Shown: piece by piece, positions 24,683 through 33,954 of the stretch
How positions within the stretch are numbered: position 1 is the stretch's first letter
Layout: every line of letters starts with the position of its first letter
NCBI GenBank assembly: GCA_964400085.1
Contig: CAYNTW010000010.1
Coordinates: forward strand, 14,342-78,341
Reading direction: 5' to 3'
DNA length: 64,000 bases
Source of the DNA: an uncultured Steroidobacteraceae bacterium
GTDB lineage: Bacteria; Pseudomonadota; Gammaproteobacteria; Steroidobacterales; Steroidobacteraceae
Position numbers and translations under genes: made by a program
The notes under the pieces: generated by a model
What the model was told of the DNA's origin: nothing
What the model saw: only the letters and a program-made list of their open reading frames with translations
The model's database searches: none

Positions 24683-26312
24683 GCGGATCCGCCGGGAGGA
24701 CGACCATGTCCGCCACCTTGCCGGGCTCGAGGGTTCCCTTGAACTTTTCCTCCCAGGACAAGTAGGGACCGGCGGCCGTATACATCCGGATCGCCGTCTC
24801 ACGTGAGACCGCTTCCTCCGCCCCGTGCACCTCGCCGCTGCGCCCTTTGCGGGTGATCGCCGCATACAGTCCGACCATGGGACCGATGGGCAGGTTGTCG
24901 CTTCCGAAGGCGACGAACAGGTGGAATTTCTGACTGGGGGTGGCGATGGAGTTGTTGTGCTCCAGGCGCCAGGGATCGAGCGTCGCCTCGTACCGATCCT
25001 CCAGGTCGTACTCGAAGTTGGGTTGTTGCGCGATCATGATATTGTCCTTGCGCATCAACTCCATGGTCGCATCCGGCGGCATGATGGTGAAATGATCGGT
25101 AAACCAGCGCCGATCGAGAGCCGCGTGCTCCTGACTATGGGTGGCTTGCAACCCCTGATCGTAGGCCTTGACGGTCTGCACGATCGCCGCATCGCCGATG
25201 CAATGCAGTCCCATCTGCCAGCCGAGTTGGCCAGCGTCATTGACCATTGCCTGCAACTCGGCATCGGTGAAACGGCCCTTGCCGCGGAATCCCGGTTGCC
25301 CCTTGTAGTCGACGAGCAGCCACGCCGTGGGACCGGTGAAGCCCCCGTCGACGGCATTCTCGCCGATAGGACCGATGCGTACGAATGCATCGCCGTAGCC
25401 GGTGTGATGCCCGAAAGCCTTCAGGCGCTCCGGCCCCGGATAGCTGATATACATCGTCACGCGCGGCAGCGCGTTGTGTTGTTCCGCGTAGATCTCTCGC
25501 GCGCGCCGGAAGGTGAGATTGGGGGGCGGATCGGCGATGCCTCCCTGGCCCACCGGCTCATCGTCGATGGTGCCGCTCGCGTCGAAGAAGCTGGTGATCC
25601 CGAGGGAGAGGAACCAACGTAGCCGGTCGACATAGCTCTGTTTGATCTCTTCCCATTTGTCCCGGGGCACCAGGTTGTAATAGAGGTCGCTGCGCTCGCG
25701 GATGATGCCGTTGGGCTCGCCGTTCGCCTGGTGCTCGATGAGACCCGAAGTCGGGTCAGGTGTGTGGGCGTTGATGTGCGCTAGCTTCAGAGCCATTGAG
25801 TTGCCCACGCTCGAATGGCCCCCGGCGCGCGTCAGCACGACCGGATTGTTCGGCGCCCCGACATCGAGATCCTCCTTGGTCGGATTGCGGTTCTCCTTGA
25901 ATTGCACCTCCTGCCAACCCATTCCCGTGATCCACTCGCCCGGCCCCAATTGCGCGGCCTTGGCCCGCAACAGTTGCTGCAGCTCGGCCATGGAGTGAGC
26001 GCCCGTGACTTCAATGGCCCGTGGCGATTTGCCCATTGGATGCAGGTGGGTATCAGTGAACCCGGGCATGAGGGTCTTGCCGTGCAGATCGATCCGGGTG
26101 CCGGCGTGATAGGTTTTGGCCAGGTCCGTCCCGCCTACCGCCACGATCTTGCCGTCCTTCACCACCACGGTGGACTGGATCGAGAACTTGGGGTCCACGG
26201 TGATGACGTGAGCGTTATAGAGCACGAGGTCCGCTTCGGCGGCCGTGGCGCACCCCAGCGGGGCCAGCAAGGCGCTGACCCAGAATCCTACCCGTAGCGG
26301 ACGATCGCGCAT
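24570..26312 (-). CDS. secreted metal-dependent amidohydrolase (Amidohydro_3 / YtcJ-like)
   Basis: 580 aa with a signal peptide (VSALLAPLGCATAAEA) and the HxH metal motif PGFTDTHLHP. Typical family length. Confidence 0.85.
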   Translation of the reverse strand: MRDRPLRVGFWVSALLAPLGCATAAEADLVLYNAHVITVDPKFSIQSTVVVKDGKIVAVGGTDLAKTYHAGTRIDLHGKTLMPGFTDTHLHPMGKSPRAIEVTGAHSMAELQQLLRAKAAQLGPGEWITGMGWQEVQFKENRNPTKEDLDVGAPNNPVVLTRAGGHSSVGNSMALKLAHINAHTPDPTSGLIEHQANGEPNGIIRERSDLYYNLVPRDKWEEIKQSYVDRLRWFLSLGITSFFDASGTIDDEPVGQGGIADPPPNLTFRRAREIYAEQHNALPRVTMYISYPGPERLKAFGHHTGYGDAFVRIGPIGENAVDGGFTGPTAWLLVDYKGQPGFRGKGRFTDAELQAMVNDAGQLGWQMGLHCIGDAAIVQTVKAYDQGLQATHSQEHAALDRRWFTDHFTIMPPDATMELMRKDNIMIAQQPNFEYDLEDRYEATLDPWRLEHNNSIATPSQKFHLFVAFGSDNLPIGPMVGLYAAITRKGRSGEVHGAEEAVSRETAIRMYTAAGPYLSWEEKFKGTLEPGKVADMVVLPADPLTVPPEQLLTMKVDQTFVNGKLVYDRLTTKLPDLNPL

Positions 26313-26328
26313 GTTTGCTCTCCTGGTC

Positions 26329-28893
26329 TCAGTAACGATAAGTGGCGAGAAGTCCGATAGTGCGCGGGCGCAGCGTCTGGTCCGTCCACAGCCAGCGCTT
26401 CAATCCGGTCAACGCGCTGTTGTCGGCCAGCGCGAGGTCCGGGTGGGCGTTGGTGAGATTGTTGGCGAACAGCGAGACGTCCGCGCCAAACAGATCGATC
26501 CCGAGCCGTGCATTGAGCTGCGAGTACGACGCAACCGGTGACAGGTCGGGATTATAGTTCGGCGCGCTCGGGTCTGTCTGGCCGACACGGTTTGCGCGCG
26601 AGTTGCCGGACCAGTCCGCGCGGAGATACATCCGCGTATCGCCCATAACGCGGAAGTCGTATTGGCCGGAGACCGAGTAGACCCACGGTGGGGGTGAGCC
26701 CGGGACGACTCCGTCCTTCTTCACCACCATCACGCCTCCGGGAGAGATTCCGTCCGCCCCGAATCGGGACCGGTTGTAGCCCAGCGTCGTCATGACGGAG
26801 AGGCCGTGCATCGGGCTCACCTGGAAGCTCGCGTCGAATCCCTGCGAGGTCGCGTTGGAGAAGTTGGCCACGAACTGCTCGGCACAGTTGGTGAGGAAAA
26901 CCGGTGTCTGGATGTTGCTCCACTTGATGTGGTAGACGCTCGCGTCCACGACCAGACGGTCATCGAACAGCTTGTTCTTGGAGCCGAGCTCGTAGCTCCA
27001 GACGCTATCGGACTTGTAGGTCGCAGGCTCCTTCGGATTGCCGGCGGCGTCTACGTAGCCGAAGTTGACGAGATCCTGGTTACAGGTGATCGGCACCTTC
27101 TGGGACGCGCCGCCCGGACGAAAGCCCTTTGCGGCTGTCGTATAGAGCAGGTTGTTGTTGTCGAGCTGGTAGGAGATGCCGAATTTCGGCGTGACGGAGC
27201 GCTCGCTCGAGCTCAGTGCGTTCGAGGAGTACGACGGCGGCAGCACCGGACCGGGGGTGCCGGTGGGGGAGTTCTGGTTGTTCTCGGGGCTACCGTAGTT
27301 GGCTGCGAAGTCGAGCTTGTTGTTCGAGACCCGCAGGCCCGCGGTCACCCGGAGCTGTTCCGTCACGTTGTAGTCTGCCTGGGCGAATCCGGCGAGCTGC
27401 CGATCCCGGGTGCGGAAGTTGATGCTCCACATGTCCGACGCCGGGTCCATGGTGACGCCAAACCAGTTCTCGAACGCGCTGTGGCCGGGACCGAACGGCG
27501 GTCCATCCGTCACGGCACGCAGGAAGTCCGGCAGGAAGAACCAGCCGACCGTCGGGGCATTGGCGAGGAAATTCACGCTGATGTCCTGCATCGCCACCTG
27601 GGTGTTGTCGGAAAAGAACGCGCCCGCTACCCAGTTGAGCTTGGAGGAGGAGTCATTGGACTGGATTCGCAGCTCCTGCACGAAATTGTACTGCGAGTTG
27701 TGGTAGAGCGATGAGGCCTTGTCGCCGGGTCGGGGGAAGGCGTCCGGCGTGATGTCATAAAACCACAGGTAGTATTGCGTAAAATCGAAGTATTGGTCCG
27801 ATTTACGATCGAAGTACGAGGTGTTCGAGACCAGTTTCACCGGCCCCAGCGCCCACTCCACCCCCAACGCGGGAAGATACAGGGTCTCCTTGCCGAAGTC
27901 GGTGTTCGGATCCTGCAAGCCGGTAATTGCCGGGTTCGTCGCCGGGTTGCCGGCGTCGAAGGCCGGCCGGGCGTAGTTGCCTCCGGAGGACAGCGATGGG
28001 TAGAACGTGTCGAAGCCATCGTTGTGTTTGATTTGTTGATAGCTGATCGAGGGCGTGATTTGCAGCCCGTCGGTGGGCGCGAACGTCAGTGCAGCCCGGG
28101 CGCCGACGGTTGATACCCAGTTGCTGTTCTTACGCGTCACATGGACATTCGAGAACGTCAGCGAGTTGACCCCGGCGTTGCCGGTCGGATCGAGGACCAC
28201 GGGGGTGCCGCTGACTCCATCGATGTAGCCGCCGTCGCGCCGGTAGAAGGCGCTGACGCGGAAACCGAGCCGGTCTTGGACGATCGGAGCACCGAAGGCC
28301 TCACCGATCTCATAGCTCGGATCGCCGCCGTCCGTGAAGGACACCTCGGCACGCGTGTAATCCGAGGCCTTGGTCAGGTTGGGCTTGGTCTGAATGAAAC
28401 GGACGGTGCCGCCTTCGGACCCTGCCCCGAACAAGGTTCCCTGGGGACCGCGCAGCACCTCGACTCGCTCGAGATCGAAGAGAGCGGGGAAGGCCGTGCC
28501 GGAGCTGTAGCCGAGATTTCTGACCTGGATTGGCGTGTCATCGATGTACACACCGGTGGTGCCAGCGCCCGCGCCGGAGGAGATGCCGCGGATGGAAATC
28601 TGGTTGCCGCTGTTACCCGTTCGGGTGATCACCAGGCCAGGCGTGTAGCGCTGCAGGTCATCGATTTGCTTCAGCCCCTGCGCATCCATCTGCTCCTGGG
28701 TGAACGCCGCGACACTGATCGGGACCCGGGATAGCGACTCCTCGCGTCGGGTCGCCGTGACGACGATCTCCTGCAGTGTCACCTGCTGATCCTCATCAGC
28801 GGCCAACACCGTGGTCGCGTCCATGCCGGTGGCCAATGCGATGACCGCGGCAGGGCGGAAAAGCCGAGTAGAAGCGCGGGACTTTGCATGCAT
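26329..28893 (-). CDS. TonB-dependent outer-membrane receptor
   Basis: 854 aa with a signal peptide, plug motif (EIVVTATRREESL) and C-terminal LLATYRY. Confidence 0.9.
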   Translation of the reverse strand: MHAKSRASTRLFRPAAVIALATGMDATTVLAADEDQQVTLQEIVVTATRREESLSRVPISVAAFTQEQMDAQGLKQIDDLQRYTPGLVITRTGNSGNQISIRGISSGAGAGTTGVYIDDTPIQVRNLGYSSGTAFPALFDLERVEVLRGPQGTLFGAGSEGGTVRFIQTKPNLTKASDYTRAEVSFTDGGDPSYEIGEAFGAPIVQDRLGFRVSAFYRRDGGYIDGVSGTPVVLDPTGNAGVNSLTFSNVHVTRKNSNWVSTVGARAALTFAPTDGLQITPSISYQQIKHNDGFDTFYPSLSSGGNYARPAFDAGNPATNPAITGLQDPNTDFGKETLYLPALGVEWALGPVKLVSNTSYFDRKSDQYFDFTQYYLWFYDITPDAFPRPGDKASSLYHNSQYNFVQELRIQSNDSSSKLNWVAGAFFSDNTQVAMQDISVNFLANAPTVGWFFLPDFLRAVTDGPPFGPGHSAFENWFGVTMDPASDMWSINFRTRDRQLAGFAQADYNVTEQLRVTAGLRVSNNKLDFAANYGSPENNQNSPTGTPGPVLPPSYSSNALSSSERSVTPKFGISYQLDNNNLLYTTAAKGFRPGGASQKVPITCNQDLVNFGYVDAAGNPKEPATYKSDSVWSYELGSKNKLFDDRLVVDASVYHIKWSNIQTPVFLTNCAEQFVANFSNATSQGFDASFQVSPMHGLSVMTTLGYNRSRFGADGISPGGVMVVKKDGVVPGSPPPWVYSVSGQYDFRVMGDTRMYLRADWSGNSRANRVGQTDPSAPNYNPDLSPVASYSQLNARLGIDLFGADVSLFANNLTNAHPDLALADNSALTGLKRWLWTDQTLRPRTIGLLATYRY

Positions 28894-29010
28894 GTTATGA
28901 CCTCGCCGGAATTGCCAATGAGAGCTCCCGTCAACGAGAGATCACGCAGCCCCATCCCCCTGAGGAACTTGCGTCAGGTGTGAGCATCGGTGCTCTGCGG
29001 GCACCGGTGT

Positions 29011-29028
29011 ATCAACCGTTCGGTTGAT
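29011..29028. promoter_or_regulatory. inverted repeat ATCAACCG-TT-CGGTTGAT upstream of the TonB receptor
   Basis: Perfect 8-nt arms. Preceded by a second stem (CGGTGC...GCACCG, 28988-29006). Lies in the divergent region between 28893(-) and 29063(+). Confidence 0.3.
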
Positions 29029-29062
29029 GGGGGTGCCCGTGGTTTTCCGGTAATCAGGAACC

Positions 29063-29510
29063 ATGTCGCGCCGTCCAGGTTCGGCCCGTTCCCCTGCGCC
29101 CCCGTATGCAACCCTGCGGGCTTTCGAGGCTGTTGGGCGTTTGGGGGGAATCCGTCGCGCCGCATTGGCCCTGGGCCTGGATCATGCGGTGGTGAGTCGC
29201 CATTTGGGAGCCCTGGAGGAGTGGGCGGGCGTGCCGCTCATCAACCGGGAGCGCCAGCCCCGGATCCTCACGGAGGCGGGTGCCCGGTATCACGAGCGCA
29301 TCACGCGTGCGCTCGAGGAAATTGCGCAGGCCAGCGCGGAGCTCATCTCCGTCCGCAACGTTGCCGCAGGTCGAGCTCGTACTGCGGCCCAGTGAGACGA
29401 GTCCCGATTTCACACGCGACGAGGCCGACGTCGGGATCCATTACTTTGCCGGTCTCGAGCTGCCGCAGGTTCCGGGCAACTTTGGCTTGCGTCCTGGTCG
29501 GCAGCGTTGA
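29063..29510 (+). pseudogene. LysR-family (GcvA-like) regulator remnant: frameshifted, internally deleted and 3'-truncated
   Basis: Frame 1 gives an intact HTH (LRAFEAVGRLGGIRRAALALGLDHAVVSRHLGALEEWAGVPLINRE) and stops at 110 aa. A second frame (29280..29510) continues with effector-domain-like VELVLRPSETSPDFTRDEADVGIHY and then stops. Together they total about half of a normal LysR, and the GH51 gene starts 29 nt later. Confidence 0.6.
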
Positions 29511-29538
29511 TTACTCAGACAATTGGGCATAGGCTGGC

Positions 29539-31671
29539 ATGATGAAAAGCATTCTCATAGGGATCTTGATGGTGGGGACAGCCGCGCACGCTGCCGGCCC
29601 CGTGAGTGCCACGATCGACGCCCGCCACACGAGCGAGCCCGTCACGAAGTACGAGTACGGTATGTTCATCGAGCCGATCGGCGGGCTGATCGCACGGAGC
29701 CTCTGGGCCGAAATGCTCGACGATCGTAAATTCTTCTACCCGATCGTTGCGGAGGGAAAAGACCCGCCCGTCCCGCAAAGCGTCGAAGGACGTCGCGGTA
29801 TCACGTACCGCAAGTGGCGTCCGATCGGTGACGATGCGGCTGTGACGATGGGCACCCCTTATGTTGGTCTGCAGAGCGCGAGCGTTGCGGTCGATGGCAC
29901 GACCCCGCACGGCTTCGGCCAGGCCGGTGTTGGTATTGCCAAAGGCAAGACCTATAAAGGCCATCTGCTGCTGAGCGGTGATCCAACAGCGAAAGTGCAG
30001 GTGACCTTGACATGGGGCTCGGAACCGAGCGAGCGCCAGATCGCGACACTTCCTGCTCCTACGTCCGCTTGGCAGAGCTTGCCTTTTGAGTTTACGGCAG
30101 GCGCGGACTCCACAGACGCACACCTGGAGATCACCGGTACCGGAACCGGACGATTCCGCATCGGCGCCGTATCGCTGATGCCGGCCGACAATATCAACGG
30201 GTGGCGAGCGGACACGACAGCAATCTTGCGCTCGCTCCATTCGGGCATGTGGCGCCTGCCAGGCGGCAATTTCCTGTCCGACTGGGACTGGCATGGTGCG
30301 ATCGGCCCACGCGACAGGCGCGCGCCTATGTTCGACCACGCCTGGAGCGCGATGCAACCCAACGATGTCGGCATGGATGAGTTCATGGAGCTCACCCGCA
30401 TCATTGGCGTCGAGCCCTACGTCACGGTCAACGCCGGCTTGGGCGATGCCAATTCGGCCGCGGAGGAGGTCGAGTACCTCAACGGTCCGCCGACCAGCGA
30501 ATGGGGCGCCAAACGCGCGACCAACGGCCACCCCGAGCCTTACGGCATCCATTTCTGGAACATCGGCAACGAGCCGTACGGATGGTGGCAGATCGGCAAA
30601 ACGACACTCGAGTATTTCATGATGAAGCACAACGACTTCGCGGCCGCCATGCGTGCCGTCGATCCGTCGATCACGCTCATCGGCTCGGGTGCCATGCCTG
30701 ACCAACTCCATCCCAGGGACGTGAAAGAGAACGTATCGCTCGAGAGCATTCAATCCAGGTTCGGCACGGAGCAGGATTGGACCGGAGGCTTGCTGGCCAA
30801 GGCGTGGGGAAATTTCGACGGGTTGAGCGAACACTGGTATGACCGCGCCGAGAAACGGCCCGATGCGCCACCCGAGGCGGAGCTGATCGAGTTCGCCCGC
30901 TCACCCTCCAACCAGGTGCGGATGAAGGCGCTGCAGTGGGGCATCTACCAGCAGCGCTTTGCCGCGATGAAAGAGAAGCACATCTTCCTGTCAATGGATG
31001 AGTTCGCTTATACCGGGACGCCCGTCAACCTGAAACTCGCACTGGCTTACTCGATGGTGCTGCAGGAGATGCTGCGCCATACGGACTTCATGACGATGAG
31101 CGCTTTCACCACTGGCGCCTCGACGATGGATATCACACCGACCGACTCGGTGCTCAACTCCACGGGCGAGGTGTTCAAGCTCTACGGCGAGCACTTTGGC
31201 GCCGGTACCGTGCCGCTGGCCGTCGACGGCAATTCACCGCAGCCCGAGCCCAGGTACCCGGTGGGCTTCGCTCACCCCAAGGTCCTGGCCGGCAGCCCGA
31301 CCTACCCACTCGACGTCATTGCCGGTCTGAGCCCGGATCGGCGGACCTTGCGGATCGCGGTAGTCAACGCCACTTTCAAGACACAGCCGCTCGCAATCAA
31401 ACTCGAGGGTGTTGCAACTCGCGGCGGCGGCAAGGTTTGGCGGCTCACTGGAAAAGACCTCGACGTCGCCAACAAGGTCGGGCAACCTCCGGGCGTGACC
31501 ATCCAGGAGGCCAATGTGCCGCCCCTGTCAGGGAGTCTCCCGGTACCGCCTATCTCAACCTCCCTCTATGAATTTCCCGTGACTCGCTCGTCGCGGGCCG
31601 CTCTGAGCCATGCCATGGCCATGAGCGCTGTCGCGAGCGCCGCAAGTATGATCGGCGGCCAAAAGAAATAG
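29539..31671 (+). CDS. secreted glycoside hydrolase, alpha-L-arabinofuranosidase-like (GH51-type)
   Basis: 710 aa with a signal peptide (ILMVGTAAHAAG). N-terminal YGMFIEPIG and catalytic-region-like FWNIGNEPYGWWQIG motifs. The 3' end overlaps the convergent gene by 106 nt. Confidence 0.7.
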   Translation: MMKSILIGILMVGTAAHAAGPVSATIDARHTSEPVTKYEYGMFIEPIGGLIARSLWAEMLDDRKFFYPIVAEGKDPPVPQSVEGRRGITYRKWRPIGDDAAVTMGTPYVGLQSASVAVDGTTPHGFGQAGVGIAKGKTYKGHLLLSGDPTAKVQVTLTWGSEPSERQIATLPAPTSAWQSLPFEFTAGADSTDAHLEITGTGTGRFRIGAVSLMPADNINGWRADTTAILRSLHSGMWRLPGGNFLSDWDWHGAIGPRDRRAPMFDHAWSAMQPNDVGMDEFMELTRIIGVEPYVTVNAGLGDANSAAEEVEYLNGPPTSEWGAKRATNGHPEPYGIHFWNIGNEPYGWWQIGKTTLEYFMMKHNDFAAAMRAVDPSITLIGSGAMPDQLHPRDVKENVSLESIQSRFGTEQDWTGGLLAKAWGNFDGLSEHWYDRAEKRPDAPPEAELIEFARSPSNQVRMKALQWGIYQQRFAAMKEKHIFLSMDEFAYTGTPVNLKLALAYSMVLQEMLRHTDFMTMSAFTTGASTMDITPTDSVLNSTGEVFKLYGEHFGAGTVPLAVDGNSPQPEPRYPVGFAHPKVLAGSPTYPLDVIAGLSPDRRTLRIAVVNATFKTQPLAIKLEGVATRGGGKVWRLTGKDLDVANKVGQPPGVTIQEANVPPLSGSLPVPPISTSLYEFPVTRSSRAALSHAMAMSAVASAASMIGGQKK

Positions 31672-32003
31672 GCGACCTGGAGAGCGGTGATCGCGACATT
31701 CGCGATCACGAGCACGGCCAGCAAGCTCTTGATGGCGGATGCACTCTCCGCAATGCCCGCGAGCAACCAAAGCAGGGCCGCTTCCATGAGGAAGGTGACA
31801 CCGACCATGTGTCCGAAACCGACGTGGAAGTCCCAGTAGCTGCGCATCAGGCCGAACACTGGGTGGTCGACCCTGGCGGCTGCTGTCAACGCGTCCCGGG
31901 CTCCGCCGTCGACTCCCATGAGCCAGGGCGAGAAGAACCAATGGCCGATCGCAAACAGCAGGAAGATGACGGCGGCAATGCGCAGGAGTCGCGCTGTGGT
32001 CAT
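31566..32003 (-). CDS. hypothetical 4-TM membrane protein
   Basis: 145 aa with four hydrophobic helices. No family recognised with confidence. Confidence 0.5.
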   Translation of the reverse strand: MTTARLLRIAAVIFLLFAIGHWFFSPWLMGVDGGARDALTAAARVDHPVFGLMRSYWDFHVGFGHMVGVTFLMEAALLWLLAGIAESASAIKSLLAVLVIANVAITALQVAYFFWPPIILAALATALMAMAWLRAARDERVTGNS

Positions 32004-32043
32004 GTTTGTCTATCCTATTCGTCGCACAGGTGAGGAACCGTCG

Positions 32044-33171
32044 CTACGCTTTCGCGTGGCCGGTTGGGACGAGACGTAAGTTGTTTTCGGCCTCGGAGCC
32101 GGCCGGCTTACCCGAGCCGGGGCGGGCGTGCTCACGAAGCCAGGCGGGGGAATCTGGGGCGAACCACGGTTGCGACGGCAAGGGTCGGCGCAGCTCGCGG
32201 TCGTAACGCTCCAGGTTGAAACCGGGGAGGAACGGGGTCACCGCGAACTGCACGAGCTCGCTAAGTTGGTTGCCGAGCGTCCGTTTGAGGTGCGGCTGCG
32301 CCGCGTAGCGACGCGCGATAGTCTCGAAGTCCTCCGCGGGGCGGCCAGTCACTTCGAGCACGTCGGTTGTGGGTGCGCCTACTTCGAAGGCGCCACGCCG
32401 GTGATCCTCAATGTAGTGCCGAACCCCGCTAAGCACATCGATGGGGAGGCCCGCCAACCGGGCGCCCTTCATGAACAACCAAGCCGGCGCCGGCAAGACT
32501 CGCACGGTCCGTCCGACAGCGCGGCCGATGGCGTTCGCCATATCCTCGGCGCTCAAGAGCTCGGGTCCCGTGGGCCGGTAGCACTTTCCGTCGTGCCGCG
32601 CAGGATCCTTCAGGGCCGCGACAGCAACGCGCGCGATATCCTCGTTCGAAGGCGGCGCGTTGCGACTGTTCCCATAGGGCCAAGGGAAGAGGCCGAGGTG
32701 CACGGCCGATCCGATTGTCGCCGCCAGGTAGGCGTCGGCGAAGAAGCCCGGGCTGACGATCGTATGCGCGACCCCGGGCATCATGGAGAACAACCGATCG
32801 ACCAGCCAATGCTGACGAGTCATGAGCGATGGATGCGAGGGGCTTGCCAGCCACTGTGTCAGGCCGACGATCTGTTCGAGCCGCGCTTGCTGTGCGGCGA
32901 CTGCGAAGGCGGCCGCCCCCTGGATCATGTACGGTTGGAAGGGTGGGCAATAGTAGGCGCGTTGCACGTCCTTCAGCGCATCGGCCACCCGTTCGACATC
33001 GCACATATCGGCGACTGCGATCTCGGCTCCCCGTGCCCTGAGCCGCTCGCTGCGGCCATCCTCCCGATGTACCAATGCACGAACGGGATAGCCGGCGTGC
33101 AACAGCTCGGTGGCTACGACACTACCCGTCTTTCCGGTCGCGCCGGTCACAATGATTCGTGGCTTGATCAT
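32044..33171 (-). CDS. NmrA-family NAD(P)-binding protein
   Basis: ORF trimmed to MIKPRIIVTGATGKTGSVVATELL (Rossmann motif), with a GGAGA Shine-Dalgarno upstream. Divergent from a TetR gene. Confidence 0.8.
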   Translation of the reverse strand: MIKPRIIVTGATGKTGSVVATELLHAGYPVRALVHREDGRSERLRARGAEIAVADMCDVERVADALKDVQRAYYCPPFQPYMIQGAAAFAVAAQQARLEQIVGLTQWLASPSHPSLMTRQHWLVDRLFSMMPGVAHTIVSPGFFADAYLAATIGSAVHLGLFPWPYGNSRNAPPSNEDIARVAVAALKDPARHDGKCYRPTGPELLSAEDMANAIGRAVGRTVRVLPAPAWLFMKGARLAGLPIDVLSGVRHYIEDHRRGAFEVGAPTTDVLEVTGRPAEDFETIARRYAAQPHLKRTLGNQLSELVQFAVTPFLPGFNLERYDRELRRPLPSQPWFAPDSPAWLREHARPGSGKPAGSEAENNLRLVPTGHAKA

Positions 33172-33211
33172 GATCGTCTCCGTCCAGGTGCCGTTGGCTG
33201 GATCCTCAGCA

Positions 33212-33231
33212 TTGGTACCACTCGGTACCAA
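33212..33231. promoter_or_regulatory. perfect palindrome TTGGTACC-ACTC-GGTACCAA, candidate TetR operator
   Basis: Central in the 90-nt nmrA/tetR divergent region. A related GGTAC-TATAG-GGTACC element lies at 33245..33260, just before the tetR ATG. Confidence 0.55.
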
Positions 33232-33261
33232 CGTGGCGCAGTGTGGTACTATAGGGTACCC

Positions 33262-33924
33262 ATGTCAAGCGGGAAGATGATGGCTACGGCATCCGCATCA
33301 AAACGGCGGCGGACGAGCAGTGACGAGGCCGAAGTGCGCGAGCGCATTCTCGAGGCGGCGTTCGCTTCATTTATGCAGAGTGGCTACGGGGCCACGAGCA
33401 CGCTCGAGATCGCCACACGGGCGCGCGTCTCGAAGCGAGAGCTTTATTCTTTGGTGGGTAACAAGGAGGAGATGCTCGTCGCTTGCATCACCGAGCGCGC
33501 CCTTCGACTGCAGGTGCCCGCGGATTTGCCCACACCGCGCGATCGCGAAACGCTCACGCGGGTGCTGACAGGCTTCGGGACCAGGCTTTTGACGGAGGTG
33601 ACCGATCCCGCGGTGATCGGGGTTTTCCGCTTGGCTATTGCCGAGGCGATCCACGCGCCCGAGGTGGCGCAGGCACTCGACTCGATCGGACGCGAAACCA
33701 GCCGAGCCGCCTTGCGCAGGATCATGTCTCAAGCTCAGGAATCTGGCCTGCTCAGCGGCCGTCCCGCCGAGCTTGCCGAGCAATTCATCGGGCTACTCTT
33801 TCGTGATCTGATGATCAGCCTGTTGCTCGGTGTTGCCGCTCGACCGAGCGCCCGCGAATTGGCGGCTCGCGCCCAGGATGCGGCGGAGTCCTTCGTCCGG
33901 ATTCATTTGTTGAAACCGCGTTGA
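33262..33924 (+). CDS. TetR-family transcriptional regulator
   Basis: The real gene is the C-terminal part of ORF 32128..33924. Sequence MSSGKMMATASASKRRR...RERILEAAFASFMQSGYGATSTLEIATRARVSKRELYSLVGNKEEM contains the TetR HTH. Confidence 0.85.
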   Translation: MSSGKMMATASASKRRRTSSDEAEVRERILEAAFASFMQSGYGATSTLEIATRARVSKRELYSLVGNKEEMLVACITERALRLQVPADLPTPRDRETLTRVLTGFGTRLLTEVTDPAVIGVFRLAIAEAIHAPEVAQALDSIGRETSRAALRRIMSQAQESGLLSGRPAELAEQFIGLLFRDLMISLLLGVAARPSARELAARAQDAAESFVRIHLLKPR

Positions 33925-33954
33925 AATTGCGGGGCCTGGGCGACTGGCCGCGCC

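Noticed and set aside
28894-29062. Possible cobalamin or other riboswitch in the leader of the TonB receptor 26329..28893
   Set aside because: I could not find a B12-box-like consensus or the multi-stem architecture. There are only two short hairpins or palindromes, which are more consistent with protein operators. A covariance-model scan would be decisive.
32128-33261. N-terminal 378 aa of the 598-aa ORF 32128..33924
   Set aside because: This part is antisense to the NmrA-like gene. Only the last 220 aa, from the ATG at 33262, form a recognisable TetR protein.
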